Of a DNA stretch of 64,000 nucleotides, positions 1 to 13,639 are shown piece by piece (position 1 is the stretch's first letter; the number at the start of each line of letters is the position of its first letter). A program made the position numbers and the translations under genes. Where the stretch lies: positions 1,922,001-1,986,000 of the forward strand of contig JBHGNT010000015.1 of NCBI GenBank assembly GCA_043228905.1, read 5' to 3'. The notes under the pieces are model-generated. The model made no database searches. It saw only the letters and a list, made by a program, of their open reading frames with translations, and had not been told where the DNA came from. Source of the DNA: Azolla caroliniana. Taxonomy: Eukaryota; Plantae; Polypodiophyta.

Positions 1-1975
1 AAAGATATGCTCCTTGTGTGTTCAACCGCAGAACCACCACGGAAATTCGGAATGTATGTCCTCCGATTGTGACTTCCAAATCCCGGATTAATCCGGCTGG
101 TCGGATCGAACTGGTATCTGCCATCCAGAGCCGGAACGGGCATGGGTCCCATTCTTGTATTCCCAACATATTGCATATTCGTTGGCTAATGACATTCACT
201 CCCGATCCACCATCGACGATTGTTCTGGGTACCTTACCTCCCTTGACGATGGCTATGATTGTCGGGCTGCTGGTGTCTATCACTGCCAGTCCCTCTTCCG
301 AATTAGAAAAGAAGACCCGAGCCGGCACAGAGTTTTGTGGTGCCAATGCTGATTTCAGGCCGTCGGTGAATCGGGGCACTAATTGCAGCAGATGGCCTAG
401 TGGCAGCATAATCTGGCAGTCCTGTAATGCCTGCCATGTGGGGTTTTCGTTCATGGTCTCTATTGTTTCCTTTAGAAGCTTCATTTGTTCACATACTTCG
501 GTGACGTTTCATTCGTTTGCCTTCTCTATCCATTCCATGGCTTGCTTTCGGATTCCTTCATGAGCCTCCCATTTGGCCATCTTTCCTTTTGACCGGGTGG
601 TGACCTCCTGAATGTCCGTCACCTCCGCAATCACCATATTAATTGCCGGTTGTTTCTCATTGGTCTTGACCGGACATTGGTTGCTATAGTGTTTGTCTTG
701 CATGCAATAATAGCAATACACCTTCTTTGATCGTGTTGTAGAGTGCCATCGTGTTGCAGGTCCCCCCAAGGTCATGCCGAATTCCGCTATCTTTGATTGT
801 TCGGCCTCTACTTCATTCAGTCGTTGGGACACGTGGTTCGCCTCCCATGTTTGGAGAAAGGCGTATATGTGGGCTTCAGTGTCTGGGTCATCCCGATATT
901 TCGAATACTGGTATGGCATGGTGTCGTCGTCTATCGGTTCTGCCAAAGGTGGTGTCGGTACCCGCTCCACCTGTTTCTTTGGTGACTCGGGTGGTGATAT
1001 CGGAGCTCGTTCCTCCTGAGTCTCCAATTGGTTGTGTGGTGGTGTCGGTACTTGCTCGTCTGACCCTGTTTCATTAACCGGGGATGCTGGTTTTTTCGCT
1101 TCCGGTTCTGGCATCGGTATGTTTTCCGAATCGTTGTCTTCCAAGGTGTCGTGACTGCTTCGTTAATTGGATTGAGCATTGTGCTCCCCGTCCATATCCA
1201 ATTCAATAGCCGAGAACGCTCCCAAATCTCTCTCGCCCGCCACAAGGGTCTGTAGGATGGATTTCGTGTCCCGCAAACTGCTCAAACTACTTCCTTTGTC
1301 TAGGTATGGATTGTGCTGGAACCGGAGGGACTCCTCCGCGGCCCGCCGTATCGCACTGGAAAAAGACCGATCCGACTGGATCTCCTCACCCGCCTGTTGG
1401 CAAGCCTCCCGCTTCCGTAGTCTCTCGGCTAGTCTTCTTACTCGTTCAGCGATTGGGTCGTTCGTTGGCCTAATCATCCATCCCCTCGCTGTTGGTTGCT
1501 TTTCGCAAGAATCGTGGTCGCCAAAACTGTGTTACTCCTGGGCCGGACTAGCCACTAACATAGGGTGTCCTTCCGAATCACTTCATCAAAGGGGTGGTTG
1601 CGGTAAGGATTTCCGACTCCGATAGGCTTCAACCGGTTAACGTCTGGTGGAGATCCGATTCACAACACACAGTGTTACACGCATAAGATCAATACATTAA
1701 ACACATGACGGAATAAAGATTAGATAGACAATAATAACACGCTCTTATATTAATGTTCCGTCATTCATACAATGATATCCGGATCCTTTTATAAGCATCC
1801 GGTCTGTGCTACAAAACGGTGCCTAACCGGCAATTGGCTATGAATCAGTCCGGATCCAAATCGGCATACCTCTTCCAGATCCATCCATTCCTAACATAAT
1901 TCTTATTTATTTAATTATACTCTAGGAACCAGGTCACCTCTTCCTCCTTCCATACTTGGCCGCCATTGGCCAACA
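1..1975 (-). mobile_element. Ty3/gypsy LTR retrotransposon, 5' portion (LTR, PBS, degenerate gag, aspartic protease); continues left of the window
   Basis: Minus-strand ORF 509..1144 has a retrotransposon gag-like segment and a CCHC knuckle (CYYCMQDKHYSNQC). A protease motif IVDGGSGVNVI reads on the minus strand at ~190-220. PBS-like TGGCGACCAC at ~1514-1523 abuts a TGTT...AACA bounded LTR at ~1530-1975. Confidence 0.8.
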
Positions 1976-2949
1976 TTAAATATTGGGCTTTGTTTTCCTT
2001 TTTTTTGTACTTAAGCACTACTAGCACTACGCCTTGAGTTGAAAATGTAGTTTTCTCGCTTCTCTATTACTTCAAACATATCTCTTAAATTCACTAGATG
2101 CCATTGTGGAATGTAGAGGTTGAACCCCTAAAATCTTAGTCTCCATTGGGTAAACAGAGAACTAAAGTGCTTTAGCATGCAAAAGGCCAAGCTGACCCTA
2201 CATTATTATTGTTGGACACTTGTCTCTCACAAGCCAACTACCCAAAGATGATTGTAGAGGAGGAGCAAATGAAGAAAGTCACATGTGCATCTTCAACCAA
2301 AAGCTTTTGATGTACACAATGGTGGCCACCCTATTGAACATCGTGTATTTCATAGCATTGACATGCCAATACATGTCAAATCCTAGAGGGCTATAAAACA
2401 CATAGTATGATATTTAAAGGGCATAACAAATGGGTAACTTACATTCAAACTAAATGACACTTGTCAAACACAAGGATATATTGATTTTGACTATGTCGAA
2501 CGCCTGGATAATCGTAGACCAACCTTTGGCTACATATTCACCTATGCATGACTATGTCAATGAACAAAACCAACCAAGTATGTATATCACAATATCAAAA
2601 GTCACAAAAGACACAGTATGGTTCACCCAACACTTTGTTCCCAACCTCAAAGCTTAACTATGAAAAGTAGAGCTTATTTAGCTGACAATGAAATTGATCT
2701 TCCACTCAAAGAAAAAAAACATAATGGTTTATTCCAATTCATATAAGAATGCATACATAATCAACAAAAAAATATTGACCTCTGTGAAGTGGAACACCTT
2801 CGACATTTTACAGCCATATTATCTTCGACATTTTACAGCCATATTATCTAACAAAGGGAATTTGAGATCGTGTCCATTTGTTGGGATGGCCTCTCTAGTG
2901 AATCTTTCACCCTTTCTGGAACAATTATCTTTTTGCTAGAAGCTCATTA

Positions 2950-5099
2950 CTTGCAACTATTGCGGCAAAATCGGCCACCGCCAAGAGGAGTGTTGGAAAA
3001 AGAGAAGCGAGTCGGCTTCGACAAGCTGACAACTCACAAATTACACCACCAACTCCGAATACAACGACTATGGTGGGCTATTCGTAATGAGACATAGAGC
3101 AAACTCTATGATGGCCTCCGACTCCACGAGCACCTCCAACTTGAAAGGCATGTGGTTCGTCGACTCCGGAGCCTCACATCATATGACATCACACCAAGAA
3201 TGGTTTCGTGACCTAAGAACGTTCAATCGACCCGACGTCATAGAGACGGGAGACTACCACACATCCCATTCGACACATCAGCAACGTTCCATTTGGCAAC
3301 AACGGCCAAAATAATTGCATCAAGAATGTCTTGCACATGCCCACAATAACAAAGAATTTGGTCTCCGTAGGCCAAATCGTGGAGCAAGGCATGCAAGTTT
3401 GTTTCAACAACGAAGGATGCTTCATCGAGGAAGATGGCTAACTCATAGCTATGGGACAGAAATATGGCCGAATGTTCATTCTCAATTCGAACGAGGTCAA
3501 ACGAGGTGAAATCAACCATGTATGCCAAAGGTCGCAAAACCGAGACAAGCATTGAGTTGTGGCACAAGAGAATCAGCCACATCAACCTCCAATGGCTCCG
3601 AGCTATGCAAACAAAGGGAGTCGTCATCGGACTTCCAACTGTCGAGTCGAAACGAGTCGACCGAGTATGCGAAGCATGTCCTTGGCAAACAACATTAACT
3701 CCCATTTCCAAAGGAGAGCTACGTAAGCAAAGGCATCCTCGACGTCATACATTCGGATGTATGGGGACCGGCTCAAATGCCGACGATCGGTTGATGCCGA
3801 TACTATGTCACCTTCATCGACGACTACTTGCGCTACACATGGATCTTCCCAATGAAGAAGAAGAGCGAAGTTCTCGCCCACTTTCAAAAGCTCAAGAGCC
3901 AAGTCGAAAAAGAAACCAGTCGGCACATTTGATGCCTATGATCGAATGGAGGCAAGGAGTACTTCTCCGATGAATTCATCTCCTACCTCCAAGGTGAAGG
4001 CATTCGGAGAGAATTCTCATGCCAACACACACCCCAACAAAATGGAGTAGTCGAAAGAAAGAATCGGCACATACTCGAGGTAGCACACGCCATGGTGCAT
4101 GAGAAGCACATGTCGAACTTCTATTGGCCTGAAGCAGCATCCACGACTGTCTATCTCATGAACCGGTGCACCACTAATGGAGTACATGAGCTAACTCCAT
4201 ACGAGCTCCTTGTCGGAAGGACGCCGATCCTATCGCACCTCAAGGTGTTCGAAAGCATTGTGAATGTATGCATCCCGAACAAAAACCAACAGAAGCCCGA
4301 CGCAAAGTCGGAGAAATGTATCCTCGTTGGATACTCGTCGGTGAGCAAAAAACTTTGACGCTCATCTCGAGAGAAGAACCATGTCACTTGGCTCGGCTAC
4401 AACGAGTATATGGCCCATCATTATGCCTTCCCGATGAATGTAGCGATCGAACAAGAGCCCAAGAGCTATATAGAAGTGGCTCGTGACCCACGATGGGTGA
4501 AAGCAGTCGACCCAAGCCTTTGTCATAGGCTTGAGGGGGAGGAACCAAAAATGCCACGAAAATGCCGACGTCGAAAGCCGCACAGAAGCCGACATTGAAA
4601 GCCAGATAACACCGAAAGCAAATCTGGATGTCGAACGCCTTACACTTGAGCTTGAGGGGGCGTGTTGAGATATCTAGCTCAACTAGACTTAGTTAGTTAG
4701 TCAACACATGTAACTTAGTAGTTACCTAGATAGAATCTAGTTAGTGTGTTGACCTTAAGCCTTAAATAGGATTTTGTACTTGAGTGGGATACATTGTAGA
4801 TCCTCCACTCCCATGTTCATTTAATATAGGACTTACACCTTTGTACCTATATTCTCATCACACATGGGCACCTTTGCACATGAGATGTATATATACCTCA
4901 TTGTGGGTATTTTTGTATTTGATGATGCTTTTTAATATAGTGAATCATCCCCCATCTTGTCTCGTTGTTCATAAGTGTTAACTTCCTCTCTCTCTCTTCC
5001 TCTCACACACATACACACACATATCACTTAATCTTCCACTTAACATAATCACATAATTAGTTCCTAATTAACCCTTGCTTAATTACCTAATTCTTAACA
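2950..5099 (+). mobile_element. Degenerate, internally deleted Ty1/copia element with 3' LTR (4663-5099)
   Basis: Zinc knuckle CNYCGKIGH at ~2951, protease WFVDSGASHHMT (3087 ORF), LWHKRISH pre-integrase, and integrase/KSEKCILVGY in broken frames. RT/RNaseH are largely missing. PPT GAGGGGG at 4654-4660 is followed by a TGTTGA...TTAACA LTR. Confidence 0.85.
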
Positions 5100-5619
5100 T
5101 TATGTCATTATGTATTAATTTCAATCATTAAAATATGTTGTAGTGGTAATCGATCGGTTGTATAAAACATACATATATATGTGTATGAGGTCAATACCTC
5201 AATTGTCATATATTTGATATATGATTTGTGTCGTATGCATAAGAGGTCATTACCTCGATTGTGTATTACGTTCGCTTACATATGTTACATATGCATATGA
5301 GGTTAATATCTCAATTGTTATATATTCGATAATTTGGATATGTGATCTGTGTCATATGCATAAGAGGTCAAGACCTCGATTGCGTATTATGTTCACTCTT
5401 GTTTTTTTGGATGTTACGCATCCGTGAAGTTAACATGCTTAGCTTCATTGAAATAACATAAGATCTACAGACCGTTAACATTTAAACATTTATTGAAAAA
5501 CTATTCAATTTTAGAAATTATCATTTCTGACACTTGTTAAATCTCAAAAAATCAACAAATTTTATATTATTTAAAACATGTGATATTGGTGTATCAAGTT
5601 TCTGAAAACTGCCTAAAAT

Positions 5620-7126
5620 TCCAAGATTATAAAAGGAATCTATAAGTGGAATGCAAGATCCTTCCACTTGTGAACGTGAACATGTTGGTTGATAGACTAA
5701 CTAAAATGGCAAATTTATTACTACTAAACCCACGGTAACAACTCCTGAATTGGCTTACCAATTTGTTGATGAGTTATTTCATTTTTATGGGTTACCGATG
5801 GATATTATGAGTGATCAAGATCCAAAGTTTACTAACGACTTTTGGACGCAAGTCTTTAAGAAGTTAGAAACTATATGAGCATGAGCTCCACGGATCATCC
5901 TCAATTCGATGGATAGGCAGAACGAGTAAATCAAATTATTGAGGAATGCTTCAAGCATACGTTGGTGCAAAGCCAACAAAATGGGAACGTTATCTCCCAA
6001 TTTTGGAGTTTGCTTATAACAGCTCCAAACATATATCGATGAGATGTAATCCTTTTATGTTGATGTATGGTTTTCAGCCATGAGCCCCGATTGATGTTAA
6101 TATACATCATTATGAGTTGCGAAGTACGCAAAACTTTCTTCGGGATATGCAAGATATGTTGCATATTGCACGAGATAATATAAAAACAGCTCAAGATAGA
6201 GTGCTTTTTTATGTCGCTCATAATAGGAAACCTTGTGTATTCAACCTTGGATAGAAGGTATTTTTACGTGTACCTCACAATTCTAAGACATTGTCTACGG
6301 GTAAGTGCGCTAAGTTAGCCCCAAGGTTTTGTGGACCTTTTACAGTCCCAAACACATTGGTTCAACAGCCTATCGTCCCGCTCTTCCTGATGGCATTGAA
6401 ATCCATCCAATTTTTCATGCAAGTCGTCTAAAAGAACTTCTTGGTTCTGGCGACAATACAATTACAATTGAAACTCTGGTTACTTCTAAAGAATGATCTT
6501 CTAAACCACATATACCAAAGAGAATTCTCAATGTTAAAACGAAAAATTTGCGTTCTAAAATAATCCGAGAATTTAAAATTAAATGGATGGATAAGTTTAT
6601 ACAAGATGCTACATGAGAACGAGAAAATACTCTTAAAACTAACTTCCCTAACTTTTCAAGAGTGCAATGTTTTATAGAGGGGGATTATGTTACGAGCATG
6701 ACTATATAATATCTCGTGCTAAGATTGTACGGTAGTATTCTATACACGTGAATAAAGTGTGAGGGTTAAACGAGAGTGTAAAGAAGGGAAGGATTACCCA
6801 TTAAGGCCAAGTGCGAACTTGCTTGGGGACCTTAGGTCTGGCAATAAATATGAGGCCTAGCTACCCTCAGTTGACACATCATTCGACTACGTCAAGACTC
6901 TGCTCAAGTGGTGATCAAACTCTTGTAAGCAAGCGCGCCAGTACCAGGTACAACTCGATGCCACGACGGTGGTATGGGATGTCAGTCGAGGCTCATCCGT
7001 CTGGATCCCTTTGCTTAGGGTGGTTGGGTGGATCGACACCCTTCTTTCTCTCTCTCCCCTCTATTTTCTAATAATATATTTCCTTATCTCATGCTTACAT
7101 TAGGATCTAGCTTACATCATCCAACA
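5620..7126 (+). mobile_element. Ty3/gypsy chromovirus-like 3' remnant (integrase, GPF/Y motif, chromodomain, PPT, 3' LTR)
   Basis: Broken-frame motifs VDRLTKMA, YGLPMDIMSDQDPKFT, PRFCGPF, IHPIFHASRLK and chromodomain-like IKWMDKFIQDAT. PPT AGAGGGGGA at ~6676-6684, then LTR TGTTA from 6688 to ~7126 (right end approximate). Confidence 0.8.
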
Positions 7127-8002
7127 TAAATATCTATATCAATAAAAAATCAATCATCATCATCATCATCATATATAAGAATCATTCACCTTTATTATGC
7201 ACCACTCACAGGTCTAGTTCAAAGAAAAGGCGACAATAATCATGGTTATACTAGCAAGGAGTGTGTCATGATGGTTCATGATTAAAGAACAAGAAATGAT
7301 GATCAAAGAATCTTTGATGCCTATTGCACTTAGAATTTAAGTTTTCGAGCTCATACGATACAATTGCTTCTTAGTCACGTCGTCATCAAGTTTTCATTTG
7401 TCTCCATGCGATTTTCGTATGTTCATTGTTGCCATATTCATTTTGGATTGTTTCCATCACCAAATAAATTATGGCATATTGTCATGATCTATATGTTCCT
7501 ACCCATCAATGTTGAGATGAGCAATTAATAAGGCCTTTTCTCTCACTTTGTTTATTTCATAAGACTTGAAGATTGTTTGAGTGGGAGATATGCAAGAGTC
7601 GAGTACCATAGTTAAATTATATTTATTATTAAAAACCCGATGAAGCTTAATATATGATGTCCTAAATAGACATGGCATATTGTTTCTAGATTCCTCCACT
7701 TAATTTAGTTTCAATAGGTATCTTTAATCTTGATTATCTTTTCACTCATCATTTTTGTTTGAACTACAAGAGATGGTGATGCAAAAAAGGATACCTCTAA
7801 TAATTGAAACCAATACAATCTTTTGCGATTTTTCTAAGATTTATTAAACTCTTGTCTTTTTTTAGGATTGAAACCAAGGTAGACTTGGAGTAAATTACAA
7901 ACGTGCAAAAGTAGTCATGTAAGAATTCATGTCATTATCATCTAGAACATTGTAATGGACTACATGATGAAAATGGAATATATATTATTGAAGAGATTCA
8001 AA

Positions 8003-9655
8003 TTAGGCGAGGTGTTGGCTAGCGTTTGTGGCAATTGACTCGAGAAGGGAAGGAGAAAAAGATCTCTCACCAATGATCCAATCAAGAACTTGATGAGCCA
8101 CTTTCTCATTTTTCAAAGTGAAATCACACTTCTCGATTGTGTCATGCTTAATGTTAGGTTCGAGCACTGTCACCTGCACCATTTAGCAATCAAACATATA
8201 ATCAATAAAAACGATTCAATATTTCATCACTACTAATGTTTTTTTACAACTTGATGAAGTACAAAAACAAGAAACAATTATTTATGCATAAAGTAAAATG
8301 AGCTTGAGAATGTCTTCCTATTACAACTATATATCACATACATTTAGTGCCTTTTGTGGTGACGTTGTCCAATGGAAGTAGATGGTTGTGTCTTGGACTA
8401 GCCAAGGCCTCTTGCGTTGAAAGTACTCCACCAACTCATCTAATGCCTCCTCCTCTTCATCCTCATATTGATCCAAATTTGCCAGCCTATCCCTTACACC
8501 AATTTGCAGTGGCAACGCAAATTGGCTCCCCTTCACCTCCTTAAATATCACGAACTTTACCAATTTTTCCACAGGTGCTGCGATTTCATGTCATTCACAA
8601 ATATCAATATCTGATTTCTCTTAATAGTCTCCTTGCTATTGTTGTTTAAGACAATTCTAAATGAGTTTGATGTTTGGGCAATCTCTTTAGAAAATTTCCC
8701 CCTAATAATATCATAAAGACGTTAAATTCTCGACTACAAATTCATATGTGTATGCTTTCATGCTAGGTTCAAGGTTGTTCAGGATTTGACCCAAGCATAG
8801 TGCTCCATATGTGCAAAGTGGACAAGGTTAACAACATGGGGATTTGTAAAGTGGTGCCAAGTCGTGAGGTTGGTTCAAGTGAGCTAAACTGGAGATCCCT
8901 AACATTGTAAAGTTATGGGGTCTAGATGGCTAAACAAATTGGGTAACCTTGTAATAAGTCGACCTATTTTACGAATACGTTAAGGATCTAAGTTAGTTCT
9001 TAGGATGCTTGTGACTTGATCTAGAAACGACTCCTTACACAAAACTTCTCTCTTAATTGTAAAAAATACCATTGCAAACGTCCTTGAAAAATCCACTGTC
9101 TTCAGCAAGGAGGGCACCCTGATGCTTTCCCTTCCAACCATGGAGATGGCTCTTTAGTGTCTTCGTCTCTACATAGAGGGCAATGTCATAGAACTTGATT
9201 TCGAGGAAATGGATCTCTGTGCCGTACACACCTGATAACACACATGTATGAAATTAATCCAATTGCAACAAGGATAAAGGATAGGAAATAAAAAATCATT
9301 TTATCCTAATTGGGATTACCTTTCCCTAGCAAAGCCAATGATTTGGAGGAGATTGGAGAATTGATGGAGGTCTCGAAATGTGCAGTCACTGAGAGAACAA
9401 GAAACATGTCGATCATAATATCTCCAACGGTTAAAGAAAACAAATATAGAGGGAGAATGGGGGAGGGGGGCAAGAAGGAGAGATTACTAGTTGCAATTTC
9501 AAACGCGACAACTTCAAGCCCCTCGAGATTGTAAAGATTTCTCAAGGGTAGTATTGGAATGTGACAACGTGGAGCTCCTCAAAATTGTGAAGACTTCTCA
9601 AGGATGGTATTAGTAGAGCCTTTGTTGCTTGTTAGTTCTACAAATTACCATCCAT
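8003..9655 (-). CDS. CHIL: Chalcone isomerase-like protein (CHI-fold, type IV/CHIL-like), ~214 aa, 5 exons
   Basis: Exons 9655-9649 (tentative), 9388-9320, 9231-9070, 8577-8342, 8173-8003, all GT-AG and phase-consistent (645 nt). Motifs SLALLGKG, EIHFLEIKF, HLHGWKGK, KEVKGSQF, VRDRLANLDQYEDEEEEALDELVEYFQ and SPS match plant CHIL proteins as I recall them. The first micro-exon/start is uncertain. Confidence 0.88.
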
Positions 9656-10002
9656 TTCTTCTCCTTTATAGTGAGAGATCAAGTGAACTCTCTGAGTCTC
9701 TAATAACACAATACAAGTCTAGAAAGAATAACGATTCCACTTTGAACCAAACGCTTTAAAGTGTTTATATTTGACCACCATGTCTTTTTCCATAGCAATA
9801 AAGTACACTATTCTTTATTTCTCATATATTTTTTGTATTTATATCGATAAAAAAGGCTACAAAGACAAGTTTCAAGCACGCCAAAGAATCTATTTCAACT
9901 TAATGTATTTGCGAGTAGTTTAGGCTAAATGATAAAATATAAACTCATGAATCAACATTTGACATGAGAGTACATCAATTGAGCACGTTCTTTGAATTTG
10001 TG

Positions 10003-10517
10003 AAATCAATATATTCTAGAAGGTGGACTTAGCTAGCCCATAGTGAGCCTTTGTACGATTTACTTTAGAAGTAGAAGTTTCGCAATCCAGTATAAATACA
10101 TATGCATGGAATCTAGTACCATAATACTTTGTTGTAAATATTTTGTTTTAGTATTAAGTTCTAAAATATAAAATCACCATATTCTAGAAACTGGACTTAG
10201 CTAGCCCATAGCTAGCCCATAGTGAGCCTTTGTATGATTTAATTTTCAAGCACAAGTTTCACAATCCAATATAAATACATATGCATGGAATCTAGTATCA
10301 TAATACTTTGTTGTAAATATTTTGTTTTAGTATCAAGTTCTAATTCACAAAATCAATATATTCTAGAAAGCGAACTTAGCTAGCCCATAGTGAGCCTTTG
10401 TATGATTTAATTTACAAGGACAAGTTTTGCAATCCAATATAAATACATATGCATGGAATCTAGTATCATAACACGTTGTTGTAAATATTTTGTTTTAGTA
10501 TCAAGTTCTAATTCACG
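10003..10517. repeat. Tandem repeat, ~170-180 bp unit x3, upstream of CHIL
   Basis: Unit (ATATTCTAGAA..GGACTTAGCTAGCCCATAGTGAGCCTTTGTA...GCATGGAATCTAGTA...AAGTTCTAA) starts at ~10003, ~10171 and ~10350. Confidence 0.9.
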
Positions 10518-10949
10518 AAATATAAATTACACCCATAAAATTCTAATAGAACCTCTTAAATCTCGGGATGCATGATAGAACATCAAATTGGAAGACTCAA
10601 AGGCTACGAAACTCTCAATTTCAAATTATAGACATGACTAATAGATCAAAGACTTTCCATCAATGCTAACTGAATTGTGAAATTTTATTTTACTCAAGTA
10701 AAATGGATTTCTCAGCTCCAAAGGTAAGAAGCCTACAAAAAAACCCAAGGGTCACAAAAAGTCATATTATGAGAAAATATCCTTTGAATCTTAAAAATGT
10801 TAGCAATTTTGGTTTAGTTAGGAGGGTGTCCATGCTCTATTAGTTATGCAAGGTCGAGCTAAAAGGAGAAAAGTCTCCGAAACAATACTATAAGAGACGA
10901 AAGGAAATGATGGATGGATATAGAAAGGTTTATTATATTTCTGTATCAG

Positions 10950-11800
10950 GGGGAGGCATCCGTCCATGAACTAATGGGGTCAACATCTACACATACATAC
11001 AGACTCCATGTAAGGTTGTGTGAAGGCTCATAACAAGAAATAATGCAATGCACTACAATTTATAGGGGCAGTTCGGAGAATATTGCAGCTAGACACCCCC
11101 TTACGCAATGACTAGCGTACATTGGGCATCCCTGACGAGGTGCTCATTACCTTTTGGAAGAGTCTCTAGTGTCTCCACATGCCGGAAAAGATAAAGTTTT
11201 TTTGGTGGCAAATCGGTCATAATGTGGTTCCCCTTGGCGAATGGCTAGGTAAACGTGGCGGCCCGTTAGGCTGCCCACTTTGCCATTCACCTATTGAGAC
11301 TCTGAGGCATTGTCTGTGGGATTGCCCTCAAGCTCAAAAGGTATGGGATAGAGTGGCTCGCCTCCTTGCGGCATGTGAACTGGAAGGAACAACATCATGG
11401 AGTGTTGCGGCATGGCTTGATTACTCCATTGATAAGTGGACGGACGCCCTCAATGCGGATAATTGGTGCTACGTATGCATGAGAGGCAAAATCGCAGGCT
11501 TGACCCTGTGGTATGTATAGAAAGCGCATTGCCTAAAGGTCTTTTAGGATCTAGTGTGGCCCCCGAAGGAAGTGATAATGGACATATGGTTTGCGCTTAT
11601 CAGCTACTTACGAGGGCAATTGGACGAGGTTTGTAGCCATTCCAATGACGTGGTTACTGCTCGTTTGCGCTTTTGGCAGAAATGGCGGAACACGCCTATG
11701 GTGACACAAGGAGGAAGTGGCCCGAGGTGGAACTACCAGCCCCCACGCTAGCTGTTTCCGGCTCACTTACCCCCCTCCCTTTGTTGTCGACCCCAGGAGG
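10950..11800 (+). mobile_element. L1-type LINE 3' fragment (zf-RVT zinc-binding domain), 5'-truncated and degenerate
   Basis: ORF 11179..11520 contains KIKFFWWQIGHNVVP...CPLCHSPIETLRHCLWDCPQAQKVW, the typical C-terminal zf-RVT of plant L1 ORF2. It continues in ORF 11554..11751. Confidence 0.8.
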
Positions 11801-12882
11801 TGTCTCGTACTAGTCATCATTAAAGGGCACCGTTTTTAGCTATAGGTACTTACATTAAGTAGTCAGTCCAAAAGGCGATGTAACTAGTCTCATTTTCTTG
11901 AACCTGATCGGAGGGAGATTCCCTGATCTATGTATAAGCCTCCTTGTACAGTCTCTCTGTAATAATCCTTCCTAACTAATGGGAAAGTAGCTTCATTTTG
12001 GAAAAAAATAAAACATAAACAAAATACCTCTTGATTCCTAACCCAAGTGTTATAAACAATTTGGGTGTTTACAAGGGGCAGTTCCAAGAATAAAGAAAAC
12101 CTCTTGAGTCCTAAGTTCTAACCTTAGTTAAGTCCTAAACTGAGTAGTATGAACAATTCATGTGTTTATGGGGGCAGTTCCAAGAATAAACAAAACCTAG
12201 TTAAGTTCTAATCATAGTTAAGTTCTAACCCTGGTTAAGTCCCTACTCTGGTTATGACATGATACACAGATTTTGGCGGGTTCACAGTAGTTCTAAGCAT
12301 TTCAACAATCTTCCTTTGCTTGCACATGCAACTCCCTGAATTTACCACCAAGGTAATTGTCTCTTTACAACAGGTTTCTCCATTTTACTGTCCTGTTCTC
12401 TTTTGATCATCAAGAGATTGCTGTACCTTAACCCTGATGCTCCCCCCTTTTTGTCTGTGGTAACAATGAATAAGTTGGAGGATTGTGTTGTTTGTTTTGC
12501 AAACCACTCTGGATTTCCTTCACATGTTAGCCACATCCATTGCAAATGAGTGGTGGATGGAATGTGATTTGAAATTTTGATGGATGCTCTCTTTATTAGA
12601 TTCAGGACATTGCAGAAACAGGGCTTGGGAGATCATTAGATGGATCAGTGGGATGGGTAAATAGATATATTTTGTAACTGGCCTCAAAGATCAAGTATGG
12701 AGAATGGCAGTAAAGGAGATGTTTTCATCTGATGTCATTCTTTTTCCAGGAGGCTTGATCAGCAGTTCTTGATGCTCGAGGAATTTGAGTATAAGTGTTG
12801 CAACTAAAGCCTCCACATCTTATTATCTCTCTCAGAGATCAAATATGATGTACAGAACAAAAGGACAATGTGTGTTTGGAGA

Positions 12883-13288
12883 CTCGATAACTGATTCCTG
12901 ATTCTTGAAAATTTTAGCGATCTATAATGTGATACATTGAGACACCTGAATAGTTGGAAAGCCCGTAGATGACTACCATGTGTTGGGGTTCTGGGACAAT
13001 TGGCTTAGGTCTACCTGAGGTCCATGTACGACTCTAAGTTTGTGATGAGTGGCAACACCTGAGGGAGCATGAAGGTCAAGGTCTCAATAACTGATTCCTG
13101 ATTCTTGAAAATTTTAGTGATCTATAATGCGATACCTTGAGACACCTGAATAGTTGGAAAGCCTGTAGGTGACTACCATGTGTTGGGGTTCTGGGACGAT
13201 TGGCTTAGGTCTACCTGAGGTCCATGTACGACTCTAAGTTTGTGACGAGTGGCAACACCTGGGGGACCATGAAGGTCAAGGTCTCGAT
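12883..13288. repeat. Tandem duplication, 200 bp x2
   Basis: CTCGATAACTGATTCCTGATTCTTG... at 12883 is repeated at 13083 with few substitutions. Confidence 0.92.
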
Positions 13289-13639
13289 ATATAGAGTAAA
13301 TTCCTTGCCGATATTAATAGGATGGGTGGAAATTCAATTATATTGGATCTTATCTCCAGTTGGTCACATTGGGAGAGAAAATTTTGTTCCAATAGATCAC
13401 AGATAATGAGGTTAGGAAAGCAATTTCCCAATGTGATTGAGGCGTGACCACTCAAGTAGAGTGACATTAATCTTGCAAACTTGTGCTGGGAATAATGTGC
13501 ATAGCGAATGAAACTCCATGCCAGAGAAAGAAGATGAAAAAGAAGTTGAAGAGAATCCTTTATGAAGTATACGATGAAGAGGAGGAACTAGAGTCGATCA
13601 ATCAGTAACAGTGGAAAACACCATAAACTTCAAGAAAGT

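Noticed and set aside
18-1625. Plus-strand ORFs (181 aa, 148 aa) over the first retroelement
   Set aside because: Antisense shadows of the GC-rich minus-strand gag/protease region. The same applies to plus-strand ORFs within 36000-39800 and 58300-60300.
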